A model generated the notes under the pieces. That model ran no database searches, was not told the DNA's origin, and was given only the letters and a program-made list of their open reading frames with translations. A DNA stretch of 52,779 bases from Octopus sinensis (taxonomy: Eukaryota). The position numbers and the translations under genes are program-made. The stretch is from assembly GCF_006345805.1 (NCBI RefSeq), contig NW_021833948.1:1-52779 (forward strand). Reading direction: 5' to 3'. Below, one piece after another: positions 36,216-49,024 of this stretch. Numbering within the stretch: position 1 is the first letter of the stretch; the number at the start of each line of letters is the position of its first letter.

Positions 36216-37208
36216 ATTAAGAACTGAATAGCGGGGAGAATGTAGTGAAGTGAATTTGATCTTTGATTAGGGACACCTCCAGACATATTTAAGTCTTTGT
36301 CACCAGTGTAAGTGGTACCAAGCTATGACTATATACTAATTAAGAAAAGCCCGCCTCTAACAATCTATTGATGGTCCTAGCTGCGTAAAACAACAAGAAC
36401 TGGTTTTAAAGCTATAGCTTAGCATGGTATAAAGCTAAATGGAGTAGAAGAACCATACAAGATAACTAAACTGTACAGGGGTACTGACAAACATACGTAC
36501 CAACTATCACCATTTTCTCTCTATAAGAACAAGCTTCGTAAAATGTTTAATTTAGGGTTTAATCTATTTGCCTCCGGTTATGCCATTCTGATGATTTCAA
36601 ATAAGGACGAAATGACATAGATGCTTACCTACGACTAGAAATTTTAAGGCATTTCTAGTGTGTAAGAAGAAAGGAATATTAAATATGTATACTCTGCGCA
36701 ACTTTTTCACTAATCTTTGATTTGAAATTCAAACTTCGAATCCCGCCAAAATTGATCTAGACATGATTGTCTTCCCTCCAAAAATCGGCCACCAGAACAC
36801 ACCACGTGTATGAACACCAAAAGTACTTATGCTTTATTAATATTTAACAGGCATCAACGAGAAAACAAAAAAACCCAGAAAATTCTTAGAAAGTTTTAAG
36901 AATGATCATTTATGATGCATAAAAGACGAGAGATATACTGAAAAGAGCGTATTAATTAGTTATTTAAGATGAAGAATGACTGATTTTGAAAGTCATTAAG
37001 GTATAGGTTGAAGAGTTTAGAGTATTTATGTCACCGTACTCATGAAACGAATGGTCTTTTTACGCTACTGTGCAAAATGAAAACTTTATGTAGCCATGCA
37101 CTAGCATGATACAGTAGCTTGAACTATGTACTAATTTATCGCAATATCCTTCAGTGGATGGTCTGGAGGTAGTTCCCATTACCTTTAAGGCTATCTATAA
37201 AGCATTTT

Positions 37209-37622
37209 TATTTCTTTATTGCCTACAAGGGGTTAAACATAGAGGGGACAAACAAGGACAGACAAAGGGATTAAGTTGATTACATCGACCCCAGTGCGTC
37301 ACTGGTACTTAATTTATCGACCCCGAAAGGATGAAAGGCAAAGTTGACCTAGGCGGAATTTGAACTCAGAACGTAACGGCAGACGAAATACCTATTTCTT
37401 TATTGCCCACAAGGGGCTAAACACAGAGTGGACAAACAAGGACAGACAAACGGATTAAGTTGATTATATCGACCCCAGTGCGTAACTGGTACTTAATTTA
37501 TCGACGCCGAAAGGATGAAAGGCAAAGTCGACCTCGGCGGAATTTGAACTCAGAACGTAACGGCAGACGAAATACACTAAGCATTTCGCCCGGCGTGCTA
37601 ACGTTTCTGTCAGCTCACCGCC
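37209..37622 (-). mobile_element. SINE A1 dimer
   Basis: 24-bp TSD TTAAGGCTATCTATA(A/G)AGCATTTT at 37185-37208 and 37623-37646. Confidence 0.92.
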
Positions 37623-37794
37623 TTAAGGCTATCTATAGAGCATTTTATGTGTGTCCTCTGACAGTTCTTTTTCATGACGAAAACTCGTGATTTCGGAATT
37701 ATATTTGGATTCTCTTGCTCAGTTTGGAAGAATCTACTTCATTATGAAGGTGGTTCAGGCGAGATTTTTGAATACAAAGTGTACATGCATTTAG

Positions 37795-38468
37795 GACAGA
37801 TTACACCAAAATGCAAGATTGACAAGGCAGCAGAAAATGACAAGTGCAGGTTATGCGGTGTTACTGTACAACACATTGTGAATGAGTGCACGAAGCTAGC
37901 TTAAAAAGTGAAACGATAATATTGTAAGAACAGAAGCTGTGTGGCAAATATGGATTGGATAGAGCAAAAACGTGATATGAACACAAGGTAAGGATGCTGG
38001 TAAGGATGTATTATCCAATGAGATTGTGAAATCGAAAGCCGGATGTAGTGGTTGTGAACAACAAGAAAAAAAAAAGCCTGTTTAATGATAGATATTGCAT
38101 ACTCGGGTGATTACAGATTATCGGAAAAAGAAGAGAAACTGCAGGTCAGGTATAATGGAAATGGGAGATTATAAAACTGTGGTTATTGAAACAAGGTGAG
38201 TATTTTACCTGTTGTTGTTGGAGCCTTGGGATTTGTAAGGATCAAGCTGACAAACTGGATTGAAAAGATACGATTAAATGCAAAGATAGAGCACACACAG
38301 AAAACAGTGTTGCTTGGAATTGCATAACATCCCCGCAGAGTTCTCGAAATCTTGACGAAGAGTGTTATCTTAGTCAAATGATTGTGGACAGGTGACACCT
38401 TGTTACTTTCACCTGCGAAGTTGTTGTGTTAAACAAGAACAAGAACAAGAACAACAACAACAATTATA
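37795..38468 (+). mobile_element. 3' end of an R4/Dong-type LINE (second family), pseudogenic
   Basis: KCRLCG..VQHIVNECTKLA (CCHC), KPDVVVV, CLMIDIA, ILPVVVGALG, QKTVLLG; (AAG/AAC)n tail. Confidence 0.85.
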
Positions 38469-38662
38469 ATGGTTTCCGATTTAGTCCTAAGCCAGCAGTT
38501 TTTGCGGGAGAGTGTTAATCGATATCATCGATCTCAGTACTCGACTTGTACTTTATTTTATCGACCTCGAAAAAATGACAGGTGAGGCAAACCTCTGTGG
38601 TTTTTGAACTCATAACGTAAAGGGCCGGAACAAATACTGCGAATGATGTTCTCAGACGCTTA

Positions 38663-38724
<62 letters not shown>

Positions 38725-38729
38725 CCACC

Positions 38730-38797
<68 letters not shown>

Positions 38798-38834
38798 CAG
38801 AGACACACACACACACACACATATATATGTATAT

Positions 38835-39243
38835 ATATTCTTTTATTCTTTTATTTGTTTCAGTCATTTGACTGCGGCCATGCTGGAACACTGCCTTTAG
38901 TCGAACAAATCGACCCCAGGACTTATTCTTTGTGAGCCTAGTACTTATCAGTCGGTCTCTTTGCCGAACTGCTAAGTTACGGGGACGTAAACACACCAGC
39001 ATCGGTTGGCAAGAGATGGTGGAGGGAGACAAACACAGACACACAAACACACACACATACACACATATATATACAAACAACGGGCTTCTTTCAGTTTCCG
39101 TTTACCAAATCGACTCACAAGGCTTTAGTCGGCCTAAGGCTATAGCAGAAGACACCTGCCCAAGGTGCCCACGCAGTGGGACTGAACCCGGAACCATGTG
39201 GTTGGGAAGCAAGCTAACTTACCAGACAGTCACTGCTGCGCCT
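38835..39243 (-). mobile_element. SINE family B
   Basis: Reverse-complement match; its head abuts the head of the next SINE A. Confidence 0.88.
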
Positions 39244-39652
39244 GCGGCGAGCTGGCAGAAACGTTAGCACGCCGGGCGAAATGCTTAGCTGTATTTCGTC
39301 TGCCGCTACGTTCTGAGTTCAAATTCCGCCGAGGTCGACTTTGCCTTTCATCCTTTCGGGGTCGATAAATTAAGTACCAGTTACACACTGGGGTCGATGT
39401 AATCGACTTAATCCGTTTGTCTATCCTTGTTTGTCCTCTCTGTGTTTAGCCCCTTGTGGGTAGTGAAGAAATAGGTATTTCGTCTGTCGTTACGTTCTGA
39501 GTTCAAATTCCGCCGAGGTCAACTTTGCCTTTCATCCTTTCGGAATTGATAAATAAAGTACCAGTTTCGCACTGGGGTCGATATAATCGTCTCAATCCCT
39601 TCGTCTGTCCTTGTTTGTCCCCTCTATGTTTAGCCCCTTGTGGGCAGTAAAG

Positions 39653-39656
<4 letters not shown>
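39244..39656 (+). mobile_element. SINE A1 dimer ending in (TA)n
   Basis: Head GCGGCGAGCTGGCAG; junction GAAATAGGTATTTCG near 39470. Confidence 0.92.
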
Positions 39657-39694
<38 letters not shown>

Positions 39695-39753
39695 GAAAGA
39701 ATGGAGTTGAACGACGATTTAACAAAATTCCTTTATTCCATAGGTTCCTTGTC

Positions 39754-39834
39754 TCTCCTGATGTGAAGGCAGCATAATGCACCCCTTATTCCTTCGAAAT
39801 TAGGAATATGCAGCCTTCGAAACATATGTCGAGA
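39754..39834 (+). ncRNA. Type I hammerhead-like motif with extended stem II (A9>U change)
   Basis: TCTC-CTGATGT-GAAGGC..GCCTTC-GAA-ACATATGT-C-GAGA; stem I UCUC/GAGA, palindromic stem III, GUC triplet. Confidence 0.65.
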
Positions 39835-39989
39835 ATAAAGGAATTTTGTTAAAAAAAAACAAATTTCCACACGAAAGCACGTGATCTCTGCCCTTGGCAT
39901 GTAGCTTCAACCGTGTTTTCTGACGTGAATTTGCTACCCAGGTATCGGTTAACCGAATTATCCATACTAGGATAATTCATTCAACTACT

Positions 39990-40079
<90 letters not shown>

Positions 40080-40819
40080 ATTGTATATAATGAGAGAATG
40101 TAAAAGGTTATATATCTGAGAGACCGAAGCTGAAAAATCGTCGTTTGATAAATAGCTCAAATCAAGAATGAAAAGTAGTCGCTTGAGCATTTCCAATGGA
40201 AATATGCTTATAACGAAAGAAAAGGAAAACGAAAAGAAAGAGCAGGTTAAAAAGGAACAAAAAAGTAATGAGAAGTATACCTGATGTGTTATTTGGTCAA
40301 ACGTTAGAGTACATGAATGTTACCAAACTAGATATGGATCAGTGATTTCACGAACAGGTGGGAGGTTTTTATTTCTTCTAATGAGTACCATAGAAGATAT
40401 ATCAGTCGATTGATTGATGGAACGAAATCTGTTGCTCTTAATACAGCAGATCGATCATGCGATGCATATCCTGTGAAGCATAATGAGGACCGTCTAATGA
40501 AGGAGATAAAAGTGTATCAGTAAATCTTCAGAATCTGTAATGAAAATGAAGAGATTTTTGTTAAATAAAATATTTTGATACTGTTTAATTTATTTACATT
40601 AAAGAGATTTTGCCTCGGTGAAGTGTATTAAGTAAATGAGAGGGAGTGGATGAGGTTAGCGATTTTAATTGCTGCTGTTTAACTGGTGGAATTATTTATT
40701 GAATAGCGGCTGAATAATTTACGAGAAATATCGGAGAAAGAAAATTGTTACGGATGTAGGAAAGGTGGTAGATACGAGGACTTGAGAGGAGGAGAAAAAC
40801 AAACCACAAATCAGTATAC

Positions 40820-41421
40820 CTATTTCTTTATTACCCACGAGGGGCTAAACACAGAGAAGACAAACAAAGACAGACAAACGGATTGAGTCGATTATATCGA
40901 CCCCAATGCTTAACTGGTACTTATTTAATCGACCCCGAAAGGATGAAAGGCAAAGTCGACCTCGGCGGAATTTGACCTCAAAACGTAACGGCAGACGAAA
41001 TACCTATTTCTTTATTACCCACGAGGGGCTAAACACAGAGGGGACAAACAAAGACAGACAAACGGATTAAGTCGATTATATCGACCCCAGTGCTTAACTG
41101 GTACTTATTTAATCGACCCCGAAAGGATGAAAGGCAAAGTCGACCTCGGCGGAATTTGACCTCAGAACGTAACGGCAGGCGAAATACCTATTTCTTTATT
41201 ACCCATGAGGGGCTAAACACAGGGGGGACAAACAAAGACAGACAAACGGATTAAGTCGATTATATCGACCCCAGTGCTTAACTGGTACTTATTTAATCGA
41301 CCCCGAAAGGATGAAAGACAAAGTCGACCTCGGCGGAATTTGACCTCAGATTGTAGCGGCAGACGAAATACCGCTAAGCATTTCGCCCGGCGTGCTAACA
41401 TTTCTGCCATCCCGCCGCCCT
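40820..41421 (-). mobile_element. SINE A1 trimer
   Basis: 14-bp TSD CAAATCAGTATACC at 40806-40819 and 41422-41435; the units share private variants. Confidence 0.92.
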
Positions 41422-41929
41422 CAAATCAGTATACCAGGAGCTGGTAGAGTAACCCAGAAATAGGGCAGGTAGACACGTTGTGAGGCAATTGAAGTGGGCC
41501 ACCGGGGTTTTGTGGCGCGTAAACTCTGAAAGCTCTGATTGGGCTGGGTTTTACTAGTGCAGTAACGATGAGGGTCATAAATTCCATAACTGATGCTGTA
41601 TAGAAGACCATAAATGGAATTGGATATAGAGGGCGGACTAGTTGCTTGTTGTTACTAGGATGCAAGCTAGGACTTGATTAATCCCGTCTGAGTTAACCGG
41701 GTGAGGAAGGTCTGATGTTAAAAGACTCGAGATTACCTGATACCCCAGAAACATTACAGGTGATGCATCTCAGAGCATCCACTCACAAGGCTTTGGTCGA
41801 ACTGAAGCTATAATAGGTACCATGCAGGGAGACTGAACCCGGAGCCATGTGGTTGGGAAGCAAGCTTCTTTATTTCATTATATTGGCCATAAAAGCCTTA
41901 CATAGAGAAAGGAAGCTGCGGGCTGGACA

Positions 41930-42470
41930 TAGACATAATGTTATATGAAATGAAAAATGAAAATGATGATTAATGAGGGCAACAAGCGTCCTCATCCGAC
42001 GCATAGGAAGGGCCCACAATTCCCACCGACGCGGTTTCGGTGGGAATTAAGATAATCATAATTGTTTGACATATCAATTAGTTAATCCAGCTACGTTGTA
42101 GTGAGCGGAAAGCAACCGTAGCAGATCAGCTAAACTGTACTTAATGTTTTAATTAAAGGAGCGGGTACGGCTTAATCTCGGAGTTCGAAACTGTTGTCTA
42201 TGCATAATCCATTCTTACGCTATGTACGAGGAAATTATGCCGAACTTATAGACACAGACATAGCTTCTGTAATTTCTAAGTAAGAGGAGTCAGCAGGAAT
42301 CGGATAACGGAACTGAGAAAATTTTAACTCAAGGCACTTCTTACTAATATAATGAGGATTGGCGTAAAGAAGAAAAAAAAATAGAAAGGAGTCGATTAGG
42401 TTCCATAACAGCGTAGTGATAAAATATAGTTGCAAAGAATGAAGAACTTGTAGATAGGATAAAAAAGAGT
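41930..42470 (-). mobile_element. Probable degraded LINE 3' end (CR1/L2/Jockey group)
   Basis: Frame ..FRTPRLSRTRSFN.NIKYSL..LLRLL..HYNV..LTN*, a 3'UTR hairpin at 42019-42049 and a (CATTT)-like tail. Confidence 0.4.
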
Positions 42471-42523
42471 TTGCTTTTTTTTTGAAAATGATACAACCAA
42501 CCACCAAACATGAAAGTTGTACT

Positions 42524-42964
42524 TATTTCTTTATTGCCCACAAGGAGCTAAACACAGGGAGGACAAACAAGGACAGACAATGGGATTAAGTCGATTACAT
42601 CGACCCCAGTGCGTAACTGGTACTTAATTTATCGACTCCGAGAGGATGAAAGTTAAAGTCGACCATAAGGGGCTAAACACAGAGGGGACAAACGGTTTTA
42701 GTCGATTATATCGCCCCCAGTGCGTAACTGGAACTTATTTAATCAACCCCGAAAGGATGAAAAGCAAAGTTGACCTCGGCGGAATTTGAACTCAGCATGT
42801 AGCGGCAGATGAAATACCTATTTCTTTACTACCCACAAGGGGCTAAAGACAGAGAGGACAAACGGATTAAGTCGATTATATTGACCCCAGTACGTAACTG
42901 GTACTTATTTAATCGACCCCGTAAGGATGAAAGGCAAAGTCGACCTCGGCGGAATTTGACATTA
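42524..42964 (-). mobile_element. 5'-truncated SINE A1 multimer
   Basis: 18-bp TSD AAACATGAAAGTTGTACT at 42506-42523 and 42965-42982. Confidence 0.88.
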
Positions 42965-43074
42965 AAACATGAAAGTTGTACTGTCGGAGCCAGGAACTTG
43001 AGACAATAATAGTGAAAATCTTCCCAAGAGACGGCAGCAAGGATTGGATGGTTACAAATCTATCAAATATATAT

Positions 43075-43447
43075 ATTGGTTTGAAATCTTGGCACAAGGC
43101 TAAAAATTTCGGGGTAAAGGAAAACTGGTACTTAATTTATCGACCCCGAAAGAATGAAAGGCAAAGTCGACCTCGGCGGAATTTGAACTCAGAACGTAAA
43201 GCCGGACGAAATACCTATTTCTTTACTACCCACAAGGGGCTAAACACAGAGGGGACAAACAATGACAGACAAACGGATTAAGTCGATTACATCGACTTCA
43301 GTGCGTAACTGGTACTTAATTTATCGACCCCGAAAGGATGAAAGGCAAAGTCGACCTCGGCGGAATTTGAACTCAGAACGTAGCGGCAGACGAAATACCG
43401 CAAAGCATTTCGCCCGTCGTGCTAACGATTCTGCCAGCTTGCCGCCT
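43075..43447 (-). mobile_element. SINE A1 joined to an A2-like unit
   Basis: Head near 43447; junction AAATAGGTATTTCG; second unit ends in GCCTTGTGCCAAGATTTCAAACC. Confidence 0.75.
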
Positions 43448-44018
43448 ACAGTGTTATGTATATTGGCTGATAAAAGACAGGAGTAAAAGAGAGAGAGGGG
43501 CACATTTGTCGAAATATTCAGATACAGAATTCTTATTCCTACACTGTTTTAATCAACGTGTCAGCAAGTATAGTCTAATTATGTCGGGAGTAGTTTTGTT
43601 GGGTTAGTATGATAGCGACATAGTTGAAAACCAGTTGAAGTTGTAGCTGCCTACAGTGGAAAAAAGGTCAGTTAAAAGCTTAATTGCCGCACCGTTTTGG
43701 GTCTGTTTGAGGATGGCTAGAATGGAGTTTGGAAAGGCAATGAAAGTACTTTGACAAACTTAGCTGATTGATTGATTGACCGAACGATTAATCAAACAAT
43801 TAATGAGTTAATTGGCTAAATGATTGACCCAACGACTACTAGTACTACTAATAAAAGAAGTGAAACAGAACCAGTGCGTGTATTTATTATTAGCATAATG
43901 ACTCTCCTGAAATACAACAGAATATGTTTCAACGCACGAATTCACGCCAAGAATCTTGAAACCCAAATATAAAAACAATAGAGAACTTCAAGTTAAGGTA
44001 TTAATGTTATCAATCAGT

Positions 44019-44512
<494 letters not shown>

Positions 44513-45359
44513 GTAATCTATTCCGAGTCTCAGGTGACAGAGACAAGACAAGACGTGGTTACAAATCTACCGTTTCCCAGTTTATAAAAGATAGAAGCAG
44601 CAAGAGAGACGTAGCACTCGAAATGTCTAGACGCTTTACTAATTATCACAGTTAAAGATTTTAATCAAGGCGACAGACAACATCTATAACCAGGCAACTA
44701 ATCTAAATAACATGACGCCTGTGATACGGCATTCTTGTAATCATTGCTTTCGATTCTTTATGAAGCTCTAGATTATTCTATTTGAGCTGGAACCCTAGGG
44801 TTCGTTTACTCGTGTCCCTTCTTTCTTATGACTTAGAAAAGGGACATCAGCGTCCATGACAGTGTTGCAAGTTCTCCGGCATTTGTGGAGAAAGAGGAGA
44901 GCCACGCTTCTTGGGTTATCTTCAGACCTGATATTCTACCTGAATGCTAGCAACAGGGCAGGTTCATTTTAATAAAGGTCAGATGTTAAACTGAACGGCG
45001 GATTAAATCTATTTACACAAGCAGGAGTTCAATACCAGTGATAGGTTTCACATATAGGTTTTATGTTTTTCTGGTTTCACAGGGGCAAGATAATTTCTGA
45101 TGTAAATAGGGACTGATAAATAACAAGCTAATTTCTGATATGAAAGGAGCATGAGAACTATGTAGTAATAAAAGTGAGGATTAACCACTGGAAGAATGAA
45201 GAATGAAGAATGAAGTGCCTTGCTTGGGAACACAATACACTGCATGGTCTGAGAATCGAAACTACGACTTAGCGATCGTGAGATGAACACTTAATCACTG
45301 GATCGCACTCATTACACACACAACATATACATGTTTATATATATAATTATATATAATAT

Positions 45360-45411
<52 letters not shown>

Positions 45412-45416
<5 letters not shown>

Positions 45417-45765
45417 CTGTTGGACAGGCGCTGCTCATGTTTTCCGTGTTGATTTAGCCCACCTCTGACCTTCTATTGAATGAACATTTCCTTAGAGACT
45501 GTTCTATCGATTTTGTTGAAATTTTGCACGTGAAAAAATGCAAAAGCTGCAGGAAAAATAACATCATTATGGGAATTTCCATTCAAACGCTCGATTGAGC
45601 TCACAAAACTCGATGCCATCTGAGCATTATCGAGTTTTCGAAAAATTCCGGCCTTATTTGAACTTCAGGGCATGTGATCTACGTATGTACCAAAAATCAT
45701 TAAAATCGGTTGGACAGTATGGGAGGAGTCAGAGTAACCCCACCACATTTTATGGTGTATATATA
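45412..45765 (+). mobile_element. Diverged Helentron/DINE-1-like element within (TA)n
   Basis: Starts TAGCTGTTGGACAGGCGCTGCTC; 3' part AAATCGGTTGGACAGTATGGGAGGAGT. Confidence 0.45.
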
Positions 45766-45808
45766 TATGTTTTAATAATATATATGTATATATGCATGTG
45801 TATATATA

Positions 45809-45855
<47 letters not shown>

Positions 45856-45878
45856 TTATATATATATATATATATATA

Positions 45879-46094
45879 CTTTATTTTAAGCAGCAGAAAA
45901 TTCAACAAAATCTGTTACTCTGAGTTTCTCGTTGCCGTTCATCAGACAGTTTTTGCTAGAATGGAACATATATATTAATTCAATCTATTGAATTAATATA
46001 TATGTTCCATTCTAGCAAAAACTGTTGATGAACGGCAACGAGAAACTCAGAGTAGTAACAGATTTTGTTGAATTTTCTGCTGCTTAAAATAAAG
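45879..46094. repeat. ~216-bp palindrome carrying a hammerhead motif in each arm
   Basis: Arms of ~106 bp centred near 45985; minus strand 45949-45912 reads CTGT-CTGATGA-ACG GCAA CGA-GAA-ACTCAGAGT-A-ACAG. Confidence 0.9.
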
Positions 46095-46163
46095 CATATT
46101 ACTCTACCACTGGTATTTGAGTACTCTTTTTTCCACCTTGTTTCACATTTATGTGTTACTCCG

Positions 46164-46232
<69 letters not shown>

Positions 46233-46290
46233 TATTTTTACACACACACACAAACACACAGACAGACATATAAACATGTATGTATGTCAG

Positions 46291-46674
46291 CCTTGACACA
46301 TTTCCTGTGTTCTTATGTTGGCAAGAGGAAGATAAGCACCTCCATCCAGCTAAGCCTGCACTCAAAGACTAGTTTTCCTTCACGGGACTGTCACATTAAG
46401 TTGACAGCATACAACTACTTTATCGTACCACGACTGCATAAATCTCTCTGAGATATTTAGAAATGTGTTATTTCTATTTTTGTAATCAGTGAATTTATTT
46501 CACTAGAATTCTTATATGTTTGCAAGGGCTAGATAGGCATCTCCAGATAGCAGGCCATGCTACTCCTGACTGATGATGAGCAAAGACTCAGAAACTAGTC
46601 TCTGGATGCAGGCCTAGCTGGGTGTAGGTGCTTATCTCCCCCTTGCAAACAAGGACATAGGAAATGTGTCAAGG
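46291..46674. repeat. Inverted-arm structure (~83-bp arms) containing a hammerhead
   Basis: 46291-46373 is the diverged reverse complement of 46594-46674. Confidence 0.8.
46565..46605 (+). ncRNA. Minimal type I hammerhead ribozyme motif, intact core
   Basis: CCTGA-CTGATGA-TGAG CAAAGA CTCA-GAA-ACTAGT-C-TCTGG; stem I has one U.U mismatch; palindromic stem III; GUC triplet. Confidence 0.7.
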
Positions 46675-46849
46675 CCAACAGGAAGCGGTGCTGTTTCCTA
46701 GGGCTAAATAGCAGTAGTATTATTCCCTTCATGGGACTGTCACATTAAGTTGACAGTATACAACTACTTTAATTTTAAAAGCAACCTAAAGTAATCTCCC
46801 TTGTAGATCACTCGCCAAAGGAGCACGGATAAACATTTACAATGGACAG

Positions 46850-47140
46850 AAAAAGCTGGTATTCCGTCGGTTACGACGGCGAGTGTTCATCTTGATCAGA
46901 TCAAGGAACAGCTTGCTCGTGAAATTCACGTACAAGTGGCTGAGTACTCTGCAAACACTCGTACCCTTAACGTAGGTCTTAGGGAGATTCTGTGTGACAC
47001 AGAATATGACAAGCCTGGCTTTTTTGGTTTACGGGTATAAATCATTTTTGCCTGCTAAGTGAACCGGAACAACGTGAAATAAAGCGTTGTGATACAAAAC
47101 GCGTTACCAAAAATCGAACTCACTATTTAAGATCGTGAGC
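46850..47140 (-). mobile_element. SINE D-related variant
   Basis: AAGTGAACCGGAACAACGTGAAATAAAG..AATCGAACTCACTA..GTGAGCC matches the family D head region. Confidence 0.6.
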
Positions 47141-47154
47141 CGAAGACCCCTTAC

Positions 47155-47752
47155 CTATTTCTTACCCACAAAGGGCTAAACACAGAGAGGACAAACAAGG
47201 ACAGACAAACGAATTAAGTTGATTATATCGACCCCAGTGCGTAACTGGTACTTATTTAATCGACCCCGAAAGGATGAAAGGCAAAGTTGACCTCAGCGGA
47301 ATTTGAACTCAGAATGTAACTGCAGACGAAATACCTATTTATTTACTACCCACAAGGGGCTAAACATAGAGGGAACAATCAAGGACAGACAAACGGATTA
47401 AGTCGATTATATCGACCCCAGTGCGTAACTGGTACTTATTTAATCGACTCTGAAAGGATGAAAAGCAAAGTCGACCTCGGCGGAATTTGAACTCAGAATG
47501 TAGCGGCAGACGAAATACCTATTTCTTTACTACCCTCAAGGGGCTAAACACTGAGGGGACAAACAAGGACAGACAAACAGATTAAGTCGATTACATCGAC
47601 CCCAGTGCGTAACTGGTACTTATTAAATCGACCCTGAAAGGATGAAAGGCAAAATTGACCCCGGCGGAATTTAAACTCAGAACGTAACGGCAGACGAAAT
47701 ACGGCTACGCATTTCGCCCGGCGTGCTAACATTTCTGCCAGCTCGTCGCCTA
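47155..47752 (-). mobile_element. SINE A1 trimer
   Basis: Head near 47750; two AAATAGGTATTTCG junctions. Confidence 0.92.
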
Positions 47753-48214
47753 AACGGACAAAAATATACTGAAGAAATATGCGTACTTGATATCGCATGG
47801 AAAACTAAATCAATTTGAATAATATTTTTCACCAGTCAATATAATGCATTCATTAGTCAAATTAGTAAACAAATTCCATTGAAAAATATTCTATTCTGTT
47901 GCCATAGAGACTGTAATAGTTGTTCTGATATGTAATCAGCAACTATACTCACGCAACACTGTTATATATATATATTTGGCTGGCGTCATACAATAATAAA
48001 CAGTGACTAGATTAGAAAACACGTAGAAATTATGGTTGGTCCATGTGCTCATGTATATATTAGTTGTCATAGTAACTAGACAGGTCAGAGTGTTTTCTAT
48101 CGTAATCATAGAGCTGGCGTTTTGTAAGCGCAAGGAATATATCGTTTCACGTCAGTGCATTTATTTGGTCGCACGATGGCCATGCCTGGTAGATGGTGTT
48201 AAATGTATATTGCT

Positions 48215-48422
48215 AAGGAATGGCTGTGTGGTTCGCATTGCAGTTATGTAGGTTCGAGTTCAATCCTCACAGTGCAGCGCAGCACCTTCGACTGTAGCCC
48301 CGGGACCGATGCTTAGTGAGTGAATTTTTAGCAGACGGAAACTGTGTGGAAGCCGCCGCCGCGTGTGTGTATATATGTATATATATAATATAATATATAT
48401 ATATATATTATATATTATATAA

Positions 48423-48454
<32 letters not shown>

Positions 48455-48810
48455 GTGTGTGTGTGTGTGTGTGTATCATCTATCTATGTGTGTGTGTTGT
48501 ATGTATGTTGTGTGTGTGTATGTGTATATATATATATAATGTGTGTGTTTGCGTATGTGTGTTTGTGTATGTGTGTTTATATATATATATACACACATAT
48601 GTGTATGTATATGTATATGTGTGTGTGTGTGTCCATGTGTATATGTGTATCTTTGTGTCTGCGTTTGTCACCCCACTCCCAGTTTGACAATCGGTATTGG
48701 TTGGTTTACGTCCCTGCAACTTAACGGTTCGACTAAAACCCATCAAGGTGGTGCCGTAACATGGCCGCAGTCCAATGACTGCATAAAAGGCAAAAAGCAA
48801 CTAAAATATA
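48215..48810 (+). mobile_element. Diverged SINE B
   Basis: GAATGGCTGTGTGG head, GACGGAAACTG, long internal microsatellite, TTTGACAATCG..CATGGCCGCAGTC..ATGACTG. Confidence 0.7.
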
Positions 48811-49024
48811 AAAGTGGTTTTAATACAGTAGTCGCACATTGAGCTTGTGAAGGTCCGTGGCTGAGTGAATAGAGCACTCGGTCTATAATTGGGTTGTGAG
48901 TTCAATTCCTGGTCGAAACTGCACGTTGTGATTTTTTTTCTATTTTCTGTTTCCAGTCTACTCAGCTGGAATGAGTACAAACCGAGGGATTATACAACCC
49001 CACCCTACTCTCTTTCTGTCTGAA

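Noticed and set aside
35936-36220. Plus-strand ORF ending FPYICE, resembling a C-type lectin domain
   Set aside because: It is the antisense of an RTE-like LINE 3' end (FAGHC..LLLWKP..MMDREVWR motifs and a TGA tail on the minus strand).
40150-41780. Possible highly decayed LINE RT on the minus strand (FDQITH, LLFIL strings)
   Set aside because: Matches are too short and interrupted, and the order is not collinear with the 3' end at 41930-42470.
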